Shown here: positions 39,559-44,158 of the stretch, one piece after another | Layout of the letters: every line of letters begins with the position of its first letter | Position numbering within the stretch: position 1 is the first letter of the stretch | Assembly (NCBI GenBank): GCA_017992575.1 | Contig: JAGOOJ010000001.1 | Location: forward strand, 1-44,158 | From: Candidatus Moraniibacteriota bacterium | GTDB taxonomy: Bacteria > Patescibacteriota > Minisyncoccia > Moranbacterales > UBA1568 | Direction: 5' to 3' | Length of the DNA stretch: 44,158 bases | Program-made: the position numbers and the translations under genes | Notes under the pieces: generated by a model | Told to the model about the DNA's origin: nothing | What the model saw: only the letters and a program-made list of their open reading frames with translations | Database searches by the model: none

Positions 39559-40770
39559 ATGCAAAAAAAGACCCTGGGGATTCTGTTTGTGACGCTTCTG
39601 ATTGATATGATTGGAATAGGGATGATTATTCCTATCATCCCTATTATCTTTACTGATCCAACATCGCCTTCATTTTTGTTGTCAGGGTACTCGCAACAGG
39701 AGCAATACTTTTTTGCCGGTCTCTTGACTGCTTTTTTTGGTTTGATGCAATTTTTCAGCGCTCCGCTCCTTGGCGAACTTTCGGATGTGTATGGAAGAAA
39801 GAAGCTTCTCACCCTTGGTGTGGGAATTTTAGCTTTTTCACAACTGTTATTTGGATTCAGTATTGAAATTGGGTCACTCTGGCTCCTTTTTTTCAGCCGT
39901 ATCATAGCGGGAATAGCTGGTGGAAACTTTAGTATCGCTCAGGCTAGTATCGCTGATATTACTGACCCTCAGGATCGGGCCAAGAATTTTGGTTTGATTG
40001 GAGCTGCTTTTGGTATCGGGTTTATCCTGGGGCCAACATTGGGTGGTTCTATCGCTCATGTGTTTAACAATGCTGCCGTACCGTTCTGGGTAGCTTCGGC
40101 ACTCGGGGTCATTAATGTTATTTCAGTATCACTCTTTCTCCCTGAAACACATCAGCACCGGAAAGTGGAACATAATTTCCATTTTTTGAAAGGTATTCAC
40201 AATATTGTGACCGCCTGGCGAGATCATGATGCTCGGCCGGTATATCTATCAAGCTTCCTCTATACGTCTGGCTTCACTTTTTTTACCTCATTTATTGGTA
40301 TTATGCTAGTTGCCCGCTTTGGATTGGATGAAAAAGCCATCGGTACCTTCTTTGGTGTCGTCGGAGTGTGGATTGTCGTGACGCAACTTTTTATATTGCG
40401 TGTTTTGACCAAAAAGTATAATGAGAAGACAATCCTTAGAGTGTCGTTGCTTGTGTTAGCAGGAACGTTGCTTGTGTATCCCTTTATCCCTTCAGTTTTT
40501 CTCCTCTATGCCTTGGTACCACTCCTTTCTATCCCCAACGGTCTTTCTATGGCCAACATGAGCGCTTTGGTGAGTAAGAGTGTTTCGCCACAGAGACAGG
40601 GGGCAGCACTCGGTATTAATGGATCGCTTATGGCCCTCTCCCAGGGTATTATTCCTATTACGGCTGGAGCTTTTTCGGGCCTGCTTGGTATTCGGGCTCC
40701 GTTTATTGCCGGGGCTTTGCTAGTGGTAATGGCCTGGTTTATGCTGTTTGTATTTTTAAAGCGTTCGTAA
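39559..40770 (+). CDS. MFS transporter (Tet/TCR-like drug:H+ antiporter type)
   Basis: It has 12 TM segments, motif A GELSDVYGRKKLL, and RIIAGIAGGNFSIAQA. Confidence 0.85.
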   Translation: MQKKTLGILFVTLLIDMIGIGMIIPIIPIIFTDPTSPSFLLSGYSQQEQYFFAGLLTAFFGLMQFFSAPLLGELSDVYGRKKLLTLGVGILAFSQLLFGFSIEIGSLWLLFFSRIIAGIAGGNFSIAQASIADITDPQDRAKNFGLIGAAFGIGFILGPTLGGSIAHVFNNAAVPFWVASALGVINVISVSLFLPETHQHRKVEHNFHFLKGIHNIVTAWRDHDARPVYLSSFLYTSGFTFFTSFIGIMLVARFGLDEKAIGTFFGVVGVWIVVTQLFILRVLTKKYNEKTILRVSLLVLAGTLLVYPFIPSVFLLYALVPLLSIPNGLSMANMSALVSKSVSPQRQGAALGINGSLMALSQGIIPITAGAFSGLLGIRAPFIAGALLVVMAWFMLFVFLKRS

Positions 40771-40779
40771 AAAAAGCGT

Positions 40780-42018
40780 ATGCATAAATATTTTTTCAGG
40801 TACGTTATCGCAGTGGCTTTTTTTGCTATGACTTTTTGGGTGCCAATAGCGAAGGCTGAGAATACTCCAGCTAGCACGGTGTTGGTTGAAGTCTTTGAAC
40901 GACAGGATTGCGCTCACTGTCAGGCAGAAAAACGGTTTTTGAACCAGTTGACTGTTTTTGGGACGGATGTATCAGTGCGTTTTGTTGATATCGATACTGA
41001 GGAAGGAAAGAATCTGTTTATACAATTTACTGAACACCAAAACCTTTCACAGGCGACGCCGATCACGGTGATTGGTGCCTCGATACTCCAAGGATTTGAT
41101 TCAGCGGAAACAACAGGTAAACGTATTGAATCACTCATTACCGCCTATCAGGGACAATCGGCTATCGGTATAGCTGGGATTCTTGGTGGGACACAGAGCG
41201 AGCTTGATGAATTAAAAGGTGCCCTATGTGGCTCCACCCTTGGTGAAGAATGTACGGTTCTGGATGAAAACATTACAGTGAGTGTCCCTTTTATTGGAAA
41301 AGTCATTCAAACAAGTGAGTATTCGTTGCCGGTATTGGCAGGAGTACTTGGATTGATCGATGGGTTTAATCCCTGCGCTATGTGGGTACTAGTGACGTTT
41401 CTCTTAGTACTCCTTCAAATGGGGACCAAACGTCGTATGTGGGTAGTGGCTGGATTGTTTATAGCTGCTGAGACTGTGATGTACTATCTTATTTTGAACG
41501 TTTGGTTTACTACCTGGGACTTTGTCGGCCTAGATCGTATTGTGACTCCTATTGTTGGAGTGCTAGCCCTCGGGGGCGGTGTGTTTTTTCTCTATGAGTG
41601 GTACGCCTCAGATGGTACCTGCAAGGTTGTTAATCTTGAACAGCGTTCCAAAATCTCAGGGAGAATTCGAAAGCTGGCGACGGAGCCATTTACTTGGGTG
41701 ACCGCTCTTGGGGTTATAGGACTAGCATTCTCTGTGAATATCATCGAGTTCGCCTGTTCTATTGGTATCCCTCAGGCTTTCACGAAAATTATAGAACTGA
41801 ATAATTTGGGATTTTGGCAGACACAAGGATTGATGCTTAACTATATATTTTTCTACATGATTGATGATTTCTTAGTGTTCGGTATCGCCCTCTGGGGCTT
41901 TGAAAAGCTCTATCTGACAGAACGTTATGCGAAGTGGTCCAATTTGTTAGGTGGCGTACTCATGCTCATTCTGGGAGCACTTCTCATTTTTGCACCGCAG
42001 TTCCTACGTTTTATTTAA
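40780..42018 (+). CDS. fusion of an exported glutaredoxin/thioredoxin-fold domain with a CcdA/DsbD-like membrane thiol-disulfide transporter domain
   Basis: It has a signal/TM segment, VEVFERQDCAHCQAEKRFL (CxxC), and a C-terminal 6-TM region with GLIDGFNPCAMWVL and EFACSIGIPQ motifs. Confidence 0.65.
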   Translation: MHKYFFRYVIAVAFFAMTFWVPIAKAENTPASTVLVEVFERQDCAHCQAEKRFLNQLTVFGTDVSVRFVDIDTEEGKNLFIQFTEHQNLSQATPITVIGASILQGFDSAETTGKRIESLITAYQGQSAIGIAGILGGTQSELDELKGALCGSTLGEECTVLDENITVSVPFIGKVIQTSEYSLPVLAGVLGLIDGFNPCAMWVLVTFLLVLLQMGTKRRMWVVAGLFIAAETVMYYLILNVWFTTWDFVGLDRIVTPIVGVLALGGGVFFLYEWYASDGTCKVVNLEQRSKISGRIRKLATEPFTWVTALGVIGLAFSVNIIEFACSIGIPQAFTKIIELNNLGFWQTQGLMLNYIFFYMIDDFLVFGIALWGFEKLYLTERYAKWSNLLGGVLMLILGALLIFAPQFLRFI

Positions 42019-42035
42019 CGAAAAAAGAATAAAAG

Positions 42036-42064
42036 AAATCCCGGTTACAAGCCGGGATTTTTTG
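42036..42064. terminator. bidirectional rho-independent terminator between convergent genes
   Basis: AAATCCCGG-ttacaag-CCGGGATTTTTT, with an A-run upstream. Confidence 0.85.
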
Positions 42065-42080
42065 TTGCTGTGGTGTAAGC

Positions 42081-44006
42081 TTATACTCCATCAGCAAGAA
42101 GGGTCTTGAGAAGTTTGGGCAGGTCGATACTCGCTACGCCAATCACTTTGTCGGCTCCACCATAGTAGGTGATGAGCTTATTCTTGCGAACAATGGCTCC
42201 GCAGGGGAAGACGACGTTAGGAACAACGCCTACGCGCTCATACTCCGTTTCTGGACTAAAGAGTGGATAGCGACTCCGCCCGATAACTTTTTCTGGGTGT
42301 TCGAGATCAAGAAGAAGTGCTCCGACGCGGTAGTGGCCGTCATATTCTGAAACGCCATGGTAGAGAATGAGCCAGCCTTTGTTGGTACGGAGTGGGATGG
42401 TATTGATGCCGATTTTGCGACTATCCCACATACCCCGCCGTGGGAAAATAAACGGCTGGTGAGTGAGAAAATTCGTTTGGCCATCGAAGTGGTCGAGGCT
42501 ATCTAAGAAGTTGATGTCGATAGCGGGCTGAATACGGTGAAGAATAACATATTTTCCGCCAATTTTTTCTGGAAACAGGCAAGCATCCTTATCGTCGATG
42601 TTTGGTTGAGAAATAAGGGTTGGAGGGCTGAATTTATCAAATTTTCCGGAAAGAAAATCATCAGACGAAATAGTAGTGAGCGCTACTCGTGGTGGTGTGA
42701 CGGCATCGACGGCGGTGTAGAGCATGTAGTAGGTATCATCAAATCGCGTCAGGCGTGGATCCTCGACACCAGAGTTGCCAGGTGCTTGTTTTTGTTCAAA
42801 AGGAGCGCGCGGAACGTAGACTGGATCTCTCAGTCGTTTGGTAATTTTGAAGCCATTTTTACTCTCAGCATAGCCAAAAACAGAGGTGTCATCATCGGAT
42901 ACGGCGCGATAGAGGATATGGACTGTGCCATTGACGTCAACAGAGGCAGGATTAAACACGCCTTTTGATTCCCATGGATGCTCGGGCTTGGGTTCTAGAA
43001 TTGGATTTTTTCGGTAACGGGTAAAGGTAGGGCGTTTATCCTTTTTCTCTTGCATTGATTTGAGCAGATCCTTGAGACTTCCTGTAGCTACACAGGTAGT
43101 CGTATCAGCAGCGCCGTAGTAGAGATAAATAGTATCACCACGCACCACCGCACCACTAGGGAAAACGATATCTTTTACTTTTCCGTAGTATTCATACTCT
43201 TCCTCAGGTACTAGAAGAGGTCTATCTGTTCGGGCAACAATTTTTCGAGGATTATTCAAATCGAGCAGGACAGCTTCCACGGTAAAGATAGGATTAGGTG
43301 AATGATACTTTTGGATATAAGAATACAGGAGAAGCCAACCATCTTTGGTTTTGATAGGCTGAGTCCCGATTTCTACGTGATCATCTTCACTGCGAGAGAG
43401 TTCAAGCCCATGTTTATCGAGGTTCTGATACCAGGTGTTCCAGCGCTTGGTATCCCATAGGTCAGACTCGGTTTCAAATGAGGCGAGAGCAATAGTGGAT
43501 GGTGGGCGGTCGGTATTGGCAGAAAGGATAGCCCAAAGTTTTCCATTGATTCGTTCTGGAAAGAGTGTCATGGCCTTGGCATTGAATGGTGTGATATGAT
43601 GCTTCTCGACGTGTTTAAAATTTTTGGTGATGGCGAGACCAACTGAAATGCCTTCAGCGCGAAAAGGAAATTCTGAAAGAGCAGTATAGAAGAGATAGTA
43701 TTTCCCGTCACATTTAGTAATACGCGGATCCTCACAGCCAAAACGCTCCCAGGAAAATTCTGGCTCGATAAATAAGCGGTGTTGTTTGAAATGGATACCA
43801 TCGGTACTTTCGGTTTGACCAATCGTGGAGATTGAGAGCCAAGGACCATCTTCATGAAGGAGAGGGAGCGATTGAGCACGATAAAAAAGCCGAGTTTTCC
43901 CTTTTTCTCGTATAGCAGAACCATTGAAAGCGCCTTCAAGTTCCCAGGGAAGGTTGCTTTCTGGAACAAGAATAGGATTTTCGAAGGAGCGTTTAAAAAA
44001 GGACAT
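42081..44006 (-). CDS. tandem double GH130-family glycoside phosphorylase/hydrolase (two complete five-bladed-propeller-type domains in one 641-aa protein)
   Basis: Both halves carry NPIL-P...PWE--G-FN, EDPR(I/L)T...YY(L/M)(F/L)YTA, (D/K)GWL(L/I)LY, LLLDL--P-K and YYG(A/G)AD motifs. Confidence 0.85.
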   Translation of the reverse strand: MSFFKRSFENPILVPESNLPWELEGAFNGSAIREKGKTRLFYRAQSLPLLHEDGPWLSISTIGQTESTDGIHFKQHRLFIEPEFSWERFGCEDPRITKCDGKYYLFYTALSEFPFRAEGISVGLAITKNFKHVEKHHITPFNAKAMTLFPERINGKLWAILSANTDRPPSTIALASFETESDLWDTKRWNTWYQNLDKHGLELSRSEDDHVEIGTQPIKTKDGWLLLYSYIQKYHSPNPIFTVEAVLLDLNNPRKIVARTDRPLLVPEEEYEYYGKVKDIVFPSGAVVRGDTIYLYYGAADTTTCVATGSLKDLLKSMQEKKDKRPTFTRYRKNPILEPKPEHPWESKGVFNPASVDVNGTVHILYRAVSDDDTSVFGYAESKNGFKITKRLRDPVYVPRAPFEQKQAPGNSGVEDPRLTRFDDTYYMLYTAVDAVTPPRVALTTISSDDFLSGKFDKFSPPTLISQPNIDDKDACLFPEKIGGKYVILHRIQPAIDINFLDSLDHFDGQTNFLTHQPFIFPRRGMWDSRKIGINTIPLRTNKGWLILYHGVSEYDGHYRVGALLLDLEHPEKVIGRSRYPLFSPETEYERVGVVPNVVFPCGAIVRKNKLITYYGGADKVIGVASIDLPKLLKTLLADGV

Positions 44007-44018
44007 AGTTTCAGGGTA

Positions 44019-44158
44019 TTAGGATTTTCGGGTGACGTTCATTTTTTCCAACGTAGGGGCTTTGTTTTTAAGGAGATCTTGTAAAAAAGTTTCCAAGTTC
44101 GCGCTGGCAACGGCCGAAGTGCGATCGGCAGCTCCGTAGTATACGAGGAGTTCCTTTT
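44019..44158 (-). CDS. C-terminal end of a further GH130-like paralog (5' part lies beyond the window)
   Basis: The minus-strand translation is KELLVYYGAADRTSAVASANLETFLQDLLKNKAPTLEKMNVTRKS*. It matches the YYGAAD...VA...L..LL C-terminal pattern of both domains of the neighbouring gene. Confidence 0.75.
   Translation of the reverse strand, partial: KELLVYYGAADRTSAVASANLETFLQDLLKNKAPTLEKMNVTRKS

Noticed and set aside
1-44158. A search for CRISPR arrays, rRNA genes, IS elements or transposases, integrases, and recoded (UGA-sense) genetic code.
   Set aside because: There is no regularly spaced direct-repeat array and no rRNA-like sequence. No DDE, tyrosine or serine recombinase motifs appear in any frame. 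All conserved genes are intact and end normally under the standard bacterial code.

Overview
This is a compact bacterial chromosome segment, mostly 40-50% G+C by eye, with tightly packed and often overlapping genes. The gene content suggests a Patescibacteria/CPR-like genome: fused ADP-forming acetyl-CoA synthetase, a GH130 array, DUF4012, and a minimal trmD-ftsW-murG-murC-murB block. That taxonomic call is inference only.

The housekeeping backbone is serS (partial), tRNA-Lys, a BNR lipoprotein, frr, rseP, trmD-ftsW-murG-murC-murB, hpf-secA, a Nudix/DUF218/ASCH/HD/MTH1-like nucleotide-housecleaning cluster, ddl, tRNA-Ala, gpmA, an MFS transporter, a thioredoxin-CcdA fusion, and three GH130 domains. 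Between about 4.9 and 23.8 kb lies a cell-surface glycan locus. It holds two Wzz-like proteins, an SDR, an O-antigen-ligase-like protein, two GT4 enzymes, TagA/WecG, an epimerase, a beta-helix protein and DUF4012.

The main anomaly is a ~5.2 kb block (5569-10810) of much higher G+C inserted into that locus. It encodes only exported proteins of no family I recognise: a lipoprotein, a 591-aa LysM-like/Pro-rich/beta-rich protein, and two paralogous Cys-rich secreted proteins. The paralogs each have a near-consensus sigma70 promoter, and one has a structured ~200-nt leader. The block also contains a palindrome-dense 570-bp non-coding region. No mobility gene is present.

Four smaller GC-elevated single-gene ORFan cassettes sit between conserved genes, at about 16.3, 23.9, 29.8 and 36.0 kb. 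The 16.3 kb cassette shares a 3' terminator/flank module with the big island. Both tRNA loci carry partial tRNA duplications that look like integration scars. No CRISPR array, rRNA, transposase or integrase is visible.
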